From Yuukianura sp. NJ FZ-2021 (Eukaryota), in the NCBI GenBank assembly GCA_046563655.1, contig CM102285.1:14570001-14634000 (forward strand): a stretch of 64,000 nt of DNA, written 5' to 3'. Positions 36,773 to 51,620 of the stretch are shown piece by piece. The notes under the pieces are model-generated. The model searched no databases. It saw only the letters and a list, made by a program, of their open reading frames with translations, and was not told the origin of the DNA. Both the position numbers and the translations under genes were made by a program. Positions within the stretch are counted from its first letter, which is position 1; the number at the start of each line of letters is the position of its first letter.

Positions 36773-38018
36773 CCTAACTAACCTAACAAAGATAAGGTTA
36801 ACCTAACATTAGCCTAACTAACCTAATGAACGACGCAGTTCATAGAAGACTAATGAAACATAACACCACACACTCAAGTGGGCGTTAAAATTCTAAAAGT
36901 GTAACTGGACACTTTAACAGGAATCGCTCCGAGGTCCAGTTCCATGCAACTCAAAGTCCACTTGTTCCGAATCTCCTGTCACAAGTTTATAATGTTAATT
37001 TTAAATTAAATTAAGTTATTATTAAGTTGAATTAAGATAAATTTAATTATATGATTATAATTTAATTAAATTAAGTTTAGAATCTCTATTAAAATGTAAT
37101 TGCAACATTCATTTATAACTTTGGAACCAATAGGAAATGCATGCACTTTTCATATCTGATTCACTTGCAGTCAATTTTGACAAGGTTTGGTGAGAAGGTC
37201 GAAATTCGCACAGATTGCAAATTTGCAAATCATCGCAAAATTGAGGTCAAGCTCACCAAGCCAAAATTGCATCCCTGTGTGCAAATTCCGATCGACACGT
37301 ACAAATTAAAGACCAAAATTCAAAGAAAAATGAACTGTCAACTTCTTTTGTTTTCTCTACAATTTTGCATCTTCTAAAATGTTGTGAATAAGTGAAATGT
37401 CGTGAATGTTGATTAAAACATCCAAAAATCGTAACCAAAACTAAGCAAAAGTGAAATGACACAAAATGGTGAATTCCTAAGAAATTTTGCATTTTGAAAA
37501 AAACACTAGCTGAAATTTTTTTAAGTGTTTTCACATCTGACCACGCCATGACTGTTTGTTCTCGAATTTGAACCTCACCCTCAACCTCCAAAATTCAAAA
37601 ATCCAAAGGCCCCTGACACAATTCCGAGAAATCGAAGCATCACTTGCAAAAACCACTTCAAAATTAACAGCGATTATTGCGAAACTTTAATTGCGAACTT
37701 GCAAATTCTGTTTTTGCAGAAAATCCTCCAATTGCTAATCTGTACTACGCTTGTTTTCTGGTCCCCGCCCCGAAACGCCTTCTGATTGGTCCATTTGAAG
37801 TGCCTGTTATCCGAAACCTGTCACGGACAGTTGATGGTCACCTTGATTAAGCAACTCAGGTGTGAAATAGGCAAGTGGACAAATGTCAAGATATGGATCG
37901 CTGGATGATATAAAATCGCTGCAGATCGCTGCAATTTCCATCTGACTTGCTGCTCCAATCCAAGCTTTGAATAATTCTAGTCTGAAAAGTTCAGAATTTG
38001 AATTTCCAAAATTTCAAA

Positions 38019-38601
38019 ATGATGAAATTCGTTGTTGCTGCCCTTTTGTTGGTCGCTGGAGTCGCCAACGCCGGAGAGGTCGCTTTCGAAGTCTGCGGTA
38101 AGCTTGAAATTACGAACTTTTTGGGCCGAAATACTTGAAATACTTGACAAAAACTTGAAATAGTTGCCGAAATACTTGAAATACTCATGAACTACTTTGT
38201 TTTTAGACTCTGCTGAGCTTGCCCATGTTGAGAAGTTCGAAGTGTCTGGCTGTGAAGATGGGTCCACCTTGTGTGAATTCGTTGTCGGAAACACCTACAC
38301 CTTCGCCCTGACTGCCAACATCCATGCCGACCATCCAGCATCAAACAGTCTTCCATTCGAAGTGACTGCCACCGTCCTTGGACTGCCCGTGACGTTGGTC
38401 AAGGGAAATGCTTGTGACAGCACCCCGTGCCCAATCACTCCAGGATCCGTTGTCACCGTGACGATCGAAGAGCACATCTCTGAGGCCGTCCCAAGGCTGG
38501 AGGATGTCAAGGTCAGCGCCCGTGTCTGGCACGAGGAGGCTGGAAGCAACAGGGACGCTTCCCTCTGCGCTTCCATCCAAGCTTCCATCGTTGACGCTTA
38601 A
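38019..38601 (+). CDS. ML-domain lipid-binding protein (NPC2 / mite group-2 allergen-like)
   Basis: Two exons; signal MMKFVVAALLLVAGVANA; six Cys including NAC...CPI..G. TATA at ~37908, CCAAT and GC boxes upstream. Confidence 0.88.
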
Positions 38602-40292
38602 GCTCCACCAAATCCCAAAACATCAACTTTCCTCATCTAAAATTCCAAATTTTCAAATTCCGACTTCAGATTCGAATTAATAAAGGCACTTTCACTGCTT
38701 TCAAAAAAAAAAAAGCCCTTTGCGTTTTGTTAAACGTTTTTTCATTCTGTCCTGGTTCTACCGAAAACGTTTTTTTCATGAATATGTCCTGATTCGGTCG
38801 AAAACGTTTTTTCATTCTGCATTGTCAAACACGTTTTGGTTTTCATTCACTTCGAAGTGAAAATGATGAACCTTGTCTTTCTTGAAAATTTGGGTAATCA
38901 AAATAATGCTAAAATTTTTGGAAAAATTCATTGTATTGTGGAGTACCAGACGAGCGGAGGAGCCCACAATTGGACAATTTTCAATTTTCAATTGTTTTTC
39001 ATAAAATTTTTAATTTACTGCTAACTTTGGTAAAAAACAGTACTGGAAATGTTTGAAAGATTTAAAATCCCATCCTGCTGCTGGAGAATTTGCACCTGAA
39101 ATGTGAAATCTCATCAACAAAAATGAGGTCAGGTCAAAAGTCAAGGTCACCAGACACACTAATCCTCTGAAAAAACAACATGAGGAAATCATGTTCAATA
39201 ACAAAACTGATAACATTGTCAGCAAATTCGAATCTAAAACTGTCAACTTCTGCATTTCAAAATTTTGAAAAGTTTGTAAAAAAAAAAAAAAGGGATTACA
39301 AACTTAAATCTAACAAAAATACTTACCTTCCAAACCCAAATCAAATCAAAACAATCAAAACGTAATCGAATTCAACCACTTCAATTCCATTTTTTTTTCA
39401 CCAAGTTGTTAAATTTTAAGAAAATTTGAATTCCAAATTCAAAAATGTTGGACTAATTCGTGGCCGCAGTAATTGCAGCAGTGACCTGTCCTCGTTCCAG
39501 CTCAAAATGCCGAAATTCCTTTTGAAAAAGTGGTAAAAATTAAAAAAAAAATGACGAACATTAGCCAATTAAAAAATTTTGAAAAATCGAAAAAAGAAAA
39601 ATGAAAATCGGAAATTCTAGAAACAGATTTTTTCTGGAGATGATTTATGCTGTGCATGCTGTGGACTGATTAACAATGGAATTCATTACGTGACTTGCCC
39701 TTGTATCTGCCTAGAATAGGAGCATGTTGATTACTTAATTGAGGTCACGAGCTCATCTTCACTTTCCAGTTTTCATCTCCGTCCACAGTTAAAGTTAACT
39801 TCACTGTGTTAACATCATTACGTTCGCCTAAAAGTAAAAGTCAAAAGTTAAAATAAAATTGTGAAAAGTTAAAAGTTTCTGAGATAATTTTCACCTAGTA
39901 TTTGTAAATATTTTTGGCACCTCTGAAATCACTTTCCATGACGAGAGAGGAATGCTTAGATGAAGGCCATGGACAGAAGAGGAGCAGCATAAGTTAGTGA
40001 CTAACTTAGTTTATGAGTCATTTGCTACCTTTAATTAGCATTTTCACACTTAAGTTTTAACTACGACTCACTCCTCAACAATTCCGTCATTGTCTTTAGT
40101 AAGAGCAACTACACGGACAGTGTCACTTTTCACACCTTCTTGTCTCTGGACCGTAAGAATCATAGAATCGCAGTGCTAAAAGTGACAGTGAAAGTGTTGT
40201 GCTGTTAACTCTGGAACTTTCGAAATTTTGGGTTTTACGAATTTGAAAACTTTTGAAAAAATCTTTTGTGTTGTTTGAATTTTTGGATAATC

Positions 40293-41336
40293 ATGTTGTC
40301 GCCGTGTCCTTGTGTTCGAATACGTACAGCCGCAATGATTGTGGGGATAATCGATGTGGTAAGGTTTCCGTCTCTTTTGTTTTGTTCTAGAGGTCAAAGG
40401 TCAACTTTAATTGTAGTCATAATTTCAAGGTTAAAGTTAACTTTAAACTTAATTGTTAAGGTAATTGGACCAATTGGTTTCATAATTACGACTCGACTGT
40501 CCATGAATCCTCATCTCGAAGAAGAATTTGACCTGGTCAACATCCATCCAGAAGCGGAAATGCATCAGAACGTCACTCGATCTGTTTTGATGACGGCACT
40601 CCAAGGACTCGTTTTTAGTAAGTCCCCACAAACCTAAACACCAACAAAAACGATAAATTATAAGAATTATAAATTATAAAAACCATAAACTATAAAAACA
40701 ATAAATTATAAGAATTATGAAGTAAAAACTATAAAAACGATGCATAAGAATTGTAAAGTATAAAAACAACCATAAACTATATAAACAATAAATTAAAAAA
40801 ATTATAAACTATAAAAAATATAAATTATAAAAATTATTAAGTGTAGAAAGGGTAAACTGTTAATTGATTACTTAGATGAGTGGATGGCGTTCATGATTTT
40901 CTACCCGCCGCTTCTCCTAACGTTTCTCGTTGGCTTTCAACTTCTCATATCCGTACACCAGGTATGTTAAAACGTGCTACCGCTGCAGGCTTATTTCGAA
41001 ATTTTGGAAATTTTAAGAAATCATTCAAAAATCTCCGTTTTTAATTTTTTTGAACAGAGAAATTACTGTGTAGCGAAGCTATCTCTGTTTCTGAACTACA
41101 TCCTCGTGGGATTCCTGCTAATCCTGGCAATCGTTTCTCTCGCCAACAATCTGCGCGTGGACATTGTGTTTCCGTTTATATTTTGTGCTTCTGCGCAGTC
41201 CTACTTCCTCTGGATAGTGTTTCGATGGGCAATGTCTGAACTCAAGCATCCAAGTGTATTGACCAACGGAGTCTACATGGACACAACAGTACTGCCTGGA
41301 AGACTCTACGACGAAAATGAAGATCTCAATTTATAA
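40293..41336 (+). CDS. Small four-TM membrane protein (LAPTM/DUF4728-like), paralog
   Basis: CPCVRIRTAAMIVGIIDV start; same four-exon layout as 35880-36772; Tyr-containing C-terminal tail. Confidence 0.72.
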
Positions 41337-42021
41337 GGACAGGCACGCAATCGATTAATTGTTAAATTAATCAATTTAACAATTAATTGATTTGTAAGAT
41401 TAATTAATTGTTAAATTAATTAATTCTAACATCTTCCAAAAAAGGGCGGCATTTAGGTAAATTAGGACACTTCTAAAGTTCCCACTTGACTTTTAATCAC
41501 TTGTATACTTAAACTTAAAAGTCGATTTTTACCAGTTTTAACTTATTTGCCTTCATTTTTTTTTGAAAATAACATAGTAAATTATCTATTTTGAAAGTAT
41601 AATTGTCCCGTAACCTTCGTCATGTCCAAGGTCACCATTTAGCACTTTTGAGTTACAATTATAGCGTTAATTGGCCTCCGCCTGTTGTAAACATGTGGAG
41701 GTCAGTCAATGACAAGTGAAGGACGCCCATGCGAAACTGAAATGTGACGAAAAGTAAAAATCGGAACAATGATTTCTATTTTTGTTAATTTTGAAGTGGG
41801 ACATATTGGGAAGTACTTTTTAGTGCTTCCAGGAAGTTATCAAAAAAAAAAGGAGGAACAATGAAACAATTGAAATATAACAGAGCACATGGATATCAAA
41901 TACTCATTTTTACGGCTTATAATAACAACCCAACGGGAAACGCCACTCACATGACTCACTCCGAAATTATGAAATCTTTTGAACTTTTTTGGAAACATGA
42001 CTTACACTTACGTATGGGAGT

Positions 42022-43612
42022 TCATTTGAGTTTCTTTGCTAATTGCAGCATGAAAGTTGTGGTGGGTGAGTCAGGGAATGATGTAATAAAGTTGGTTCCA
42101 TCGTCACAACAAGCGGCCAAATTCGGATCGATCGGAATCCGTCCAAGAAAGTCCAGTTCGTATTCTTTGGCGAGCCCTTCACCCCCGCCACTCGTTTTTG
42201 GAAACAAGTCAAATCCATGCTTTTCAAAAAATCAATTAGAAACAAAAAATGCATTTTTTTTTCAAAAATTGTGGATTTTTTTTTAAAAGCGTACCTTGCA
42301 AGTGGGACAGACAAATAGGCTCATATTTTCCAGAATTCCTACGATGGGAATGTTTGTCTTTTTACAGAAATCAATTTCCTTTCGGACGTCCAGAATTGAC
42401 ACATCTTGTGGCGTTGTTACGATTATAGCACCGTCAATCTCACTCTACAATTTAAAAAAAAAAGTTAAGAAAACTCAAGTAATTAAGTGATTTATGTTTA
42501 AGATTAAATTTTAATTGCTCAATGAGCAATTAAAACTCATCAGTTCCTTAAATGCGTCAATTGCTCTGAGTGAGTAAATGGCGTAATTTGTGACCTTGGA
42601 GAGGTAAGTGGCTATTGAAAGATGTTCGTCACTGGTTCCTGGCGGTGTGTCAATGACCAAAACGTCCAAGTTCTGTCCCCAGTCAACCTCCATGAAGAAC
42701 TGTTTGATTAATCCTGTAAAACACATGATTTCATTCAATTTTGGAAATATGATAAAGTACTGTCGAAAGTACAGAATTCACTACCGTTTTTTCGCGGTCC
42801 ACGCCAAATCACAGCAGCTCTGGGACTGTCCAGTAGGAATCCAACGGACATGACACAAAGATTATCGTCAACAAACTTGAAATATACAAGAAAAAAGAAA
42901 TAATAAACTTCCAGCATCAAGATGGTGAAGGTCAATTGCACTTAAGCTTACCACGGGACTCCATCCGGATCCTGACTGATGAACTTCTTCGCCTTCGCAG
43001 CCCATAATCCTAGGAATCGACGGTCCACAGATGTCAACGTCCAGCAAAGCAACCTTGAATCAAATTATACAAACGTTTTAGACATTTGACGATTGCTTGA
43101 CGTTATCCTTAGATATTTGCTTCGTCTCCTTGAATCTTACATTTGTGTCTTGATCTGCCGCAAAGGCTCTGCTAAGTAAACTGGAAACAGTTGATTTCCC
43201 AACTCCTCCTTTTCCAGAGAGTACCAAGTACTTTCTCTTTATTTGACACAGTCGTCCAGCGATTACTGAAATGGCTAAAATCATACACAAAGAAAAACAA
43301 CCAGAATTTAAGCAAAGTCCAAAGAATGTATAACTTGTTTTAAAAAACGTGAAATTCAAAGAATCACCTGGATCCGGAACACTGGCAGCTCCTGAAGCAC
43401 AGATTCCTTGATTTGGACATCCTTGACACGCTGACTCCTTTCCTGCTCGTTCGCTCTGTGTTCCAGGACAATCTAGAAATTACGAAAACAAAATTTAACT
43501 TTCTAACTTCCTGCTACTGCTACTGGACAAGTGAATTTCAAATTTTGAAGTTCAAAATTCTAATTTTCATTCTACAAATTCAAAACTTCTTACGTTCTGG
43601 AACTTCTTCCAT
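42022..43612 (-). CDS. NUBP1: Cytosolic Fe-S cluster assembly factor NUBP1/Nbp35
   Basis: MEEVPEHCPG...[62 protein letters not shown]. Confidence 0.96.
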
Positions 43613-44458
43613 TGTTTCCCTTTTTGCAGACGTATGCTGAACCTGTAACAGATAACCTTATTACATCAAGCACAGTCAGTAATTGTTTTGAATCATAATT
43701 GATTAATTACTAAAAATTAACTAATTTTAATTAACTTTTCTAAGTTTTTGTTTGAAATTTCAATGCCATTTACACATGATAAAACATCTGATTTTGTTCC
43801 CGCCAAAAAATTTGAATTTTCGTATCTTAGCGTCCGTCTGTGTCACTCTGATATGAACACGAAATAAAATTAAAACTTTCACAAAAAATTTCACCCTCTT
43901 CTGTAGAAAAACTTCCTGTTAAGATATTGAATAATATGTATAAATATAATATTCGTAAAATATGCATATAAAACACATAAAATATGTAAAACAACAATTA
44001 ATAATTGCATATTAAGCAATACTACATAAAATACTACCTGTATTAGGCTGAAACTGATGAAGTATGTTTTGAGGATGAAGTTTCATGCCATGAGAAAGTA
44101 TGTCAATCACTGTGACCCCAACAGATTACTTTCTCGAGTCTTTTCAAGGACATCCTCTCAAAATACCTCAAAGGGTGACTTGGAAAGGAAAATTGCTTGT
44201 AAAATACAAGTTAAAAGAACGATAAGGTCGGCAATTCCCACCAAAAACAACTTTGGTCCAAGAACTTCAGCAACCTAAGCAATTAAACATCGTCAGACAC
44301 TTTGGAGTGCAATAAGTTGTGCGCAACAACCAAAGAACTTGCGTCTTTCTTTCACAATTTACAACAGTCATTTCAATTTCAAGAGCACAGTTAGCAATTT
44401 ACACACAAAACAGACGCAAAGTGCTTCAGGTTTCATCAAGAAACTTAAAACTTCGAAA

Positions 44459-46170
44459 ATGGCTGCACCTACGACACAAGAACAGAAATTGTTGGAAACG
44501 GTAAGTTTTTCAGAAGACTTTCAAAATTTTGAATCAGATTTTCTGAAATTCAGGATTTAAAATAGTTTCGAACAAACATCCGAGATTTGAATTTGGAAGA
44601 ATGGCAAACAGAAGATATGTTCCTACTTTCTTGGATTAGAGGTAAACTTAACTAAAGAAATTAAAAGAACTAGTTTGACCTTTGACCTATGAATAGCCCG
44701 TGACCTTGACCTTACAAAGGCGGAGGACATGTTGAGAAAATCGTTGATTTGGCGCCAAAAAGAAGACATTGGAAATATTTTCAGTTGGCAACCACCAGAA
44801 CACTACTTTCATATGTTCCAGTGTTATATTTCTGGAAGTGACTATGAAGGCCGGCCAGGTTAGATTTGATTTTCAAAATTTTGAACTTTTTTTCAAAATT
44901 TTGAACTTTTCAAAGTTTTGAAAAATTTTAGTTGTGTACTTGCCACTGGGATCGTGGGACATTAAGAAAGTAGTTGACCAGGGAGAGAGGACAACTTACG
45001 TCCGATTTGTAGATCAAATGGTAGCTGGATTTATAAAAGCTGTTCGAGAATCGAATCATACTCAATTCGTAATTATTTTGGACATGACAGGATTGGCACT
45101 ACGCCAATTTACATATCCCTCAAGTAAGTTGAAACGATTTTCTACAAAAATCGCGAATTTTGAGAACGATTTTTACCGATTTTTATGTGAATTTTCTCAG
45201 CGGTAGACACAATCCTAGAAACTTTTAGAAGATTTGAAGCCAACTATCCAGAAACTCTTTTTTTGGCATTCATCATCAACGGTGAGACGATTTTCATCCA
45301 TTTTCAAATTTTTTCAGCTTTTCGAAAAAAAATTTCTGATTTGTTTAGCACCTAAAATTTTTCCACTGGCGTTTTCACTTGTGAAGCCTCTGCTTTCTCA
45401 ACGCACAAAAAACAAAATTCAAATTTTCAACTCAAATGCAAGCAAATGGAGGCCAATTTTGGAAGTAAAAATCCCGCCACAATCGTTTCCAAAAGTTTTA
45501 GAAAAAAGTGACGACAAAAAAGTAAAATTCAATAACTCATTTTCAAAAAATTTTAAATTTTGAACTTTATGATTTCGAAATTTTAGGGTGGAGACAACAA
45601 CAATCAAAATTTGACCTCTGATGACCTCGGAAGTTTAGTTGAAAGGAGGATAGATGCCGGCGGGAAATTGGATATTCACGTTAACGTCACTTCCTTGAAC
45701 TCTATTCTCAGGTTTCAAAAAAATCGATTTTCAAAAAACAAAATTTCGAATTTTATTTCTTGCAAAAATTGTAATTTTAGCTTTTTGAGAGTTTTACACA
45801 TTGAAAACCTAGATCGATTACTCGAAAGTTCATAATTTTTTCAAAATTTTATAAATTTTTAAAGGTGGGAGTTTCAAACGGACAACTACGACATAAATTT
45901 TGAAATTTTACATGGAACTACTCAACTCTGTTCGTCCAAACGCTACAATTCCCATGTAGAGAAAGTGGAAGGCTCGATTCTTTGTGAAAATCTTGGAAAA
46001 CGTAAAGTTTTTTAAAAAAAATTCTCTTTTTCTTCAAAATTGAAATTTTTTTTAATTTATGATTACATTTGTTTTTGGATTCTTTAGATACCTTGACCTT
46101 TGACAACACCTACAGTCGATTCCGTTCGAAAACTGTGCGATACCGGTGCTCAATTTACACGGAAGAATGA
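44459..46170 (+). CDS. SEC14-like lipid-binding protein (CRAL-TRIO plus GOLD)
   Basis: LLSWIRARDLDLTKAEDMLRKS, GSDYEGRPV, ILDMTGL, FEANYPETL, INAPKIF, WEFQTDNYDINF, YTLTFDNTYS. Confidence 0.9.
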
Positions 46171-46893
46171 AAATCAAAAATTAAAAAAAAAAAAATCCAA
46201 TGAAATTTTGAAAACAGTTAACCATAACAATTGTCACAAAAAAGTCCCAAGTCTAATTATTTCCAATTTTAGTAAATTTTTACTTACCTTTTCTCTTTTT
46301 CAATTATTAGGAAAGAAATGGTTAAAAAAATTCAAATGTAATACCCCAAAAAATATAATAAAAAAACGGGAAGGAACATTCTTAATGGAAATTTTAAAAA
46401 TTCAGACACTCTTCCTCTCTCCGTTTTCAAATGGCGCTCAAACACGAAATTTTTTTTTCGAAAAAGCTTTTAAAAGCAAAAACGCCCATTGATCTATGAT
46501 CACCTTTTAGCTAAATGTCAAGTGCAGTCCAAAACAAAAACCAGTTTATTTTTAAAACGACTTTTGAAAAGCTAATCCAAGGTTCCAAATTGTATTTTCT
46601 ACGACAAGTTGTGTAATAACTCCAACTGCGTTTCAATAAATTGTTATTATAACAATTTTTTGTCCCAATTTTGTGTAAATTTTGTTTACTGATCCAATTT
46701 TGCATCAACTTTGTGTTTTGCTAACATTAAAATACATCGGTTGTAAGAAAATTTGGGGAACAAGGATATAGTGAACCAGTTTCATTTTTGAAAACTTTGG
46801 TAGAACACGTATAAATAGGAGTTATAGAATAACCTGTTGTAGAAAAACAATCTTATTTTTGTTTACCAACCAGCTCATCAAAATTTGAAATCC

Positions 46894-48574
46894 ATGAAAT
46901 TTCAGCGTCGAGTGGACAAGAGGCTGCAGAGGGTGAAGCAGTTTGGTCAGAAAGTCACTTCTTCCAGTGGAATTTCAATGTTGACCAAACGGAGTCAAAG
47001 TTACATTGCTTTCATCTTCCAACAAGCGACGACCTTGAGAATCATCCCCTTTCGGTGGAAGGTCAAACAGAAAGTACTTACTCCAGTGTACGGATGGGAT
47101 GCTGTTCCAGCATCAGTACTTTTGGCGCTCATTATGTCCAACACGGTCTACTTGGCTCTTCGACTGCACCAATATCGAAAGGCTGCGATGTTGTCGGCAG
47201 CGTCAAGGTCATTCCACGTTCTGCTCCTATTGGCTGCCTTTCTAGCTTCACTTTTTGGCTATAACAATTTCAAAAGAAGAATGGAAATTGCCAACTTTTT
47301 TAACAAATTTTTTCGCCGACTTGAGTCATTAGAAGGTAAGGTTTGACCTTTGACCTCTGACCTTGGCTGTGGTTTGACCTTTGACCTCTTGCAGCACAAT
47401 TTCTGGCGGAAGACTACGTATCGAGTTCGAGGTTGAATTCGTGTGAACTGATGCTCCAGTGCTTCACGGTTATGCCGTTCCTTCAAAGCCTGCCTGGAAT
47501 TGTTATATACATTCTATATTACAGGTTAAACAATCTTCAACAAACATGTATTATTTGAAACATTTTATCAACTGGTAAAAGCTACTTTATGCATCGACCT
47601 TGTCTGTCTGTCTGTCTGGCCGTTTCCGGCAATGCATTTTATTAACTAGCAAAAGCTACTTTATGCGTCGAACTTGTTTGTCTGTCTGTCGGTCTGTCTG
47701 GTGGTTTCGGGCAATACATTTCTATTAACTAGAGAAAGCTACTTTACTCATAGAGCTTGTCTGTCTGTCTCGTACATCAAAAAATACAATTTATTGTTGT
47801 AATTAATTTATTTTCATTGGTTTAGAGAACCGCGCTACTTGTTCTACGTTTTTCATGAAATATTGCCTGCTTGGTGTCTCATATTTTTCTTATTTCTGGA
47901 GTACGTCATGTACGTCAGTTACTGGTTCACAGTACTCATCGCAGTGTGCGCCATGTTCACCTTCTGGTACGGAACTGCCTATTGGCTCCAGGAAATGAGG
48001 TCAGAGGTCAACATAAACTAAATGTTAGGCTAACCACATTGCTCAACTGCCGTTTTTTAGATGCCCGAACCCAGAATCGGTGGGAAAAGGAGCTACGCGG
48101 GATACGCTTGGGCAGTTGCGCGAGCCGGCCACTTCTCTGAAGATTTACGGTAGCGTAACAATAATAAGCAAGTTGTTTCGGGATGCCATGAGTCCATTGG
48201 TGCTACCAATGACCCAGTTCTTCATCATACTCATTTCGGCAGCCTCCAACTACATAATCATCCGACATCATGACACCATGAATGTCATCTTGACACTTGG
48301 CCTGGTGGGCATAGTACTCTCTTGCATGGGAGTCTGTGTCTTTGCGTATCCAGTGGCTGCCCACATTCACTCCTTCTCTATAGCCTTTATTTCTGCATTC
48401 AAGAAAACACACGTCGCAGTGACCTTGACCCCTCGCCAGAAGAAGAAGGTGAGGTCATGCAGACCCCTTAAGGTCCAAGTGGGCAATCTCATGTTCATCC
48501 GCCCTTTTACGGTACTCAAACTCATCAACTCAATCATCTACTGGACAATGCGATCACTACTCATCTTCAGATAG
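46894..48574 (+). CDS. Divergent 7TM chemoreceptor (GR/OR superfamily-like) 1
   Basis: Four in-phase exons, multiple TM helices, C-terminus KKVRSCRPLKVQVGNLMFIRPFTVLKLINSIIYWTMRSLLIFR. The start could instead be the MLTKRS Met. Confidence 0.75.
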
Positions 48575-48755
48575 TCCAAAACTTACATTCAATTTCCAAA
48601 AATCAAGTAAACTATTTTCAAAATTTTCAATTTTCTCAATTGAAAAAAAATAAGCTATGAACCGCAACATCTGAACCAATCCTTAAAATGCAGACAGACA
48701 GACAGACGGACAAAGTCGTATCAATAGTCTTTTTCAGAAATGTCGTAGACATGCG

Positions 48756-48963
48756 TTTCCGGAAGGCTCTTTCTTTGTGAAAATCTTGGAAAACGTAAAT
48801 TTTTCGTAATCAAAACGTTTTTCGAAAATTTTGAAATCCTTTAAATTCCTAATTGCAATTTTTCTTTGGTTTCGTCTGATGCTTTGACCTTCGACAGTAC
48901 CTACATAGTCACTTCCGCTCAAAAACTGTTCATTCCCGGTCCTCAATTTACACGGAAGAATAG
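48756..48963 (+). pseudogene. Degenerate copy of SEC14-like 3' exons
   Basis: ggaaggctc...tctttgtgaaaatcttggaaaacgtaaa and ttgaccttcgacagtacctac...tcaatttacacggaagaat match 45967-46170. Confidence 0.75.
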
Positions 48964-49568
48964 GAAAAATCAAAATTTCAAAGCAATTTTGAAAACCGAA
49001 ACCATAAAATTTGTGAAAAAGAAGTTCCAAGACTATAATTTTCCTATTTTTAGAAATTGATATGGCTTTCCTAATTTTTTTTTGAACAAGGACAAAAAGT
49101 TTAGGCCAATTTTTGAGGACATAAAAAACAAACCTTCCAATTCTTTTTAGCAATTTGCTTCTGTTGGATTTCGTTTTTTTTTTGCGAATTCTGTGCCATT
49201 AGCGTTGTAAAAATCATGAGCAAAGTAGACATCCGTTCATTAGCGGTGTTTTCTTCGTTCTATGCCAATTTTCAAATTTTCAAAAAGAAAAAGTTCTAAA
49301 AACGTCAAATAGGATAGCCGTCGTATGAGCCAAAAAAAATGACAAGCGAAGGAACTGATTATTCGCGAATCGAAATTTTAAAAATTCAAACACTCGCCCG
49401 TTACCTGTTTTGAAATGGGGCTCAAACACGAACATTTTTGTTCAAAAACCTTCGTAAACAAAAAAAAAAGCACACATAGATATATTATTATGTTTCGCTC
49501 AATTTCCAGTGCAATCCAAAACAAAAACGGGTCATTTAAAGAAAAACGCTTTTGAAAACCAAGTAAAA

Positions 49569-51215
49569 ATGAAATTTCAGCGTCGAGCTGGCAAGACGCT
49601 GCAGAGAGTGAAGCAGTTGGGTCAGGAGGTCACTTCTTCCAGTGGAATTTCAATGTTGACCAAACGGAGTCAAACTTACATTGCTTTCATCTTCCAACAA
49701 GCGACGACCTTGAGAATCATCCCCTTTCGGTGGCAGGTCAAACAGAAAGTGCTCACTCCAGTGTACGGATGGGACGCTGTTCCAGCATCAGTACTTTTGG
49801 CGCTGATTATGTCCAACACGCTCTACTTGGCTCTTCGACTGCACCAGTATCGAAAGGCTGCGATGTTATCGGCAGCGTCAAGGTCATTCCACGTTCTGCT
49901 CCTATTGGCTGCCTTTCTATCTTCACTTTTTGGCTACAACAATTTCAAAAGAAGAACAGAAATTGCTAACTATTTTAACAAATTTTTTCGCAGACTTGAA
50001 TCATTAGAGGGTAAGGTTTCACCTTTGACCTTTGACCTTGGCTGTCGTTTGACCTTTGACCCGTTGCAGCACAATTTCTTGCGGAAGACTACGCACCGCG
50101 GATGAATTCGTGTGAACTGATGCTCCAAGGCTTCACGGTTATGCCTTACGTTCAAAGCTTGGCTGGAGTTTTGGTATACGTTCTACATTACAGGTTAGAA
50201 TCTTAGACGTTATATTGAAAGACATTTTATTACCTAAGTTGTGAAAGCTACTTTATGCATTGACCTTGTCTGTCCGTCTGTCTGTCTGGCCGGTTACAGC
50301 AGCACTTTATTTAAGGTCGAAAGCTACCTTATGCATCTACATTGTCTGTCTGTCTGTCTATCTGTCTATTTTCTGCCCGGCCGTATCGAAAAATACATTT
50401 GACTGACTTCATTAATACATCTTCTTAATTTTAATTGTTTCAGAGAACCGCGCTACTTGTTCTACATTTTTCATGATATCTTGCCTCCTTGGTGTCTCGT
50501 ATTTTTCATAGCTCTGGAGTTCATCATGTACGTCAGTTACTGGTTCACAATTCTTATCGCAATGTGTGCCATGTTCACATTCTGGTACGGAATTGCATAT
50601 TGGCTCAAGGAAATGAGGTCAGAGGTCAACATAAACTAAATTTAAGTTAACATCTAAAAACTTAAGTCATTTCATACACCTCGCTCAACTTCTTGTTTTA
50701 GATGCCCGAACCCGGAATCGGTGGGAAAAGGAGCTACACGGGATACGCTTGAGCAGTTGCGCGAACCGAGTACTTCTCTGAAGATTTACGGTAGTGTGGC
50801 GATAATATGCAAGTTGTTTCGTGATGCCATGAGTCCATTGGTGTTACCGTTGGCTCAGTGCTTCATCATCCTCATGTCCACATCCACCAACTACATACTC
50901 ATCCGTCACCATGACACCATGAACTTCTTCATGACATTCTGTCTCGTGTCACTGTCACTCTCCTGCATGGGAGTCTGTGTCTTTGCGTATCCAGTGGCAG
51001 CCCACATTCACTCCTTCTCTATAGCCTTTATTTCTGCATTCAAGAAAACACACGTCGCAGTGACCTTGACCCCTCGTCAGAACAAGAAAGTGAGGTCATG
51101 CAGACCCCTTAAGGTCCAAGTGGGCAATCTCATGTTCATCCGCCCTTTTACGGTACTCAAACTCATCAATTCCATCATCTACTGGACTATGCGGTCACTA
51201 CTCATCTTCAGATAG
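49569..51215 (+). CDS. Divergent 7TM chemoreceptor 2
   Basis: Intact tandem paralog of receptor 1 with the same exon structure. Confidence 0.75.
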
Positions 51216-51464
51216 TCTAAACTAACATAAAATCAAGGAAACTATTTTCAAAATTCTCATTTTCAAAAGGGAAAACAATTTTTTAACTAAACAGTCACTG
51301 ATTTATCTATCTATGTGTATTTACGTAAAATTTAGATTCTCCAGTTCGCACAGCAATCGTATCCATTAACCTCGTTCAGTTCCTGGAAAATTTGAAAACG
51401 AGCTCTTTCCAATGGCGTTGCAATTTTAGTATTACTTGTGTTCTTAATTGAGCTGCGCGAAGTG

Positions 51465-51620
51465 TTCACTTTTTCCCGACATTTCAGAATTTTTCACTTT
51501 TTCCGACATTTCAGAATTTTTCACTTTTTCCGACATTTCAGAATTTTTCACTTTTTCCGACATGTCAGAATTTTTCACTTTTTCCGACATTTCATAATTT
51601 TTCACTTTTTCCGACATTTC
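51465..51620. repeat. 27-bp tandem repeat (tttccgacatttcagaatttttcactt), 5-6 copies
   Basis: Near-perfect copies; produce the spurious FRHFRIFHF and SEMSEKVKN ORFs. Confidence 0.92.

Noticed and set aside
39010..39390. Apparent three-exon minus-strand unit
   Set aside because: The first exon has stops after its ATG and no convincing protein results; left uncalled.
40650..40840. AT-rich tataaa repeats
   Set aside because: Low-complexity intronic sequence, not promoter elements.
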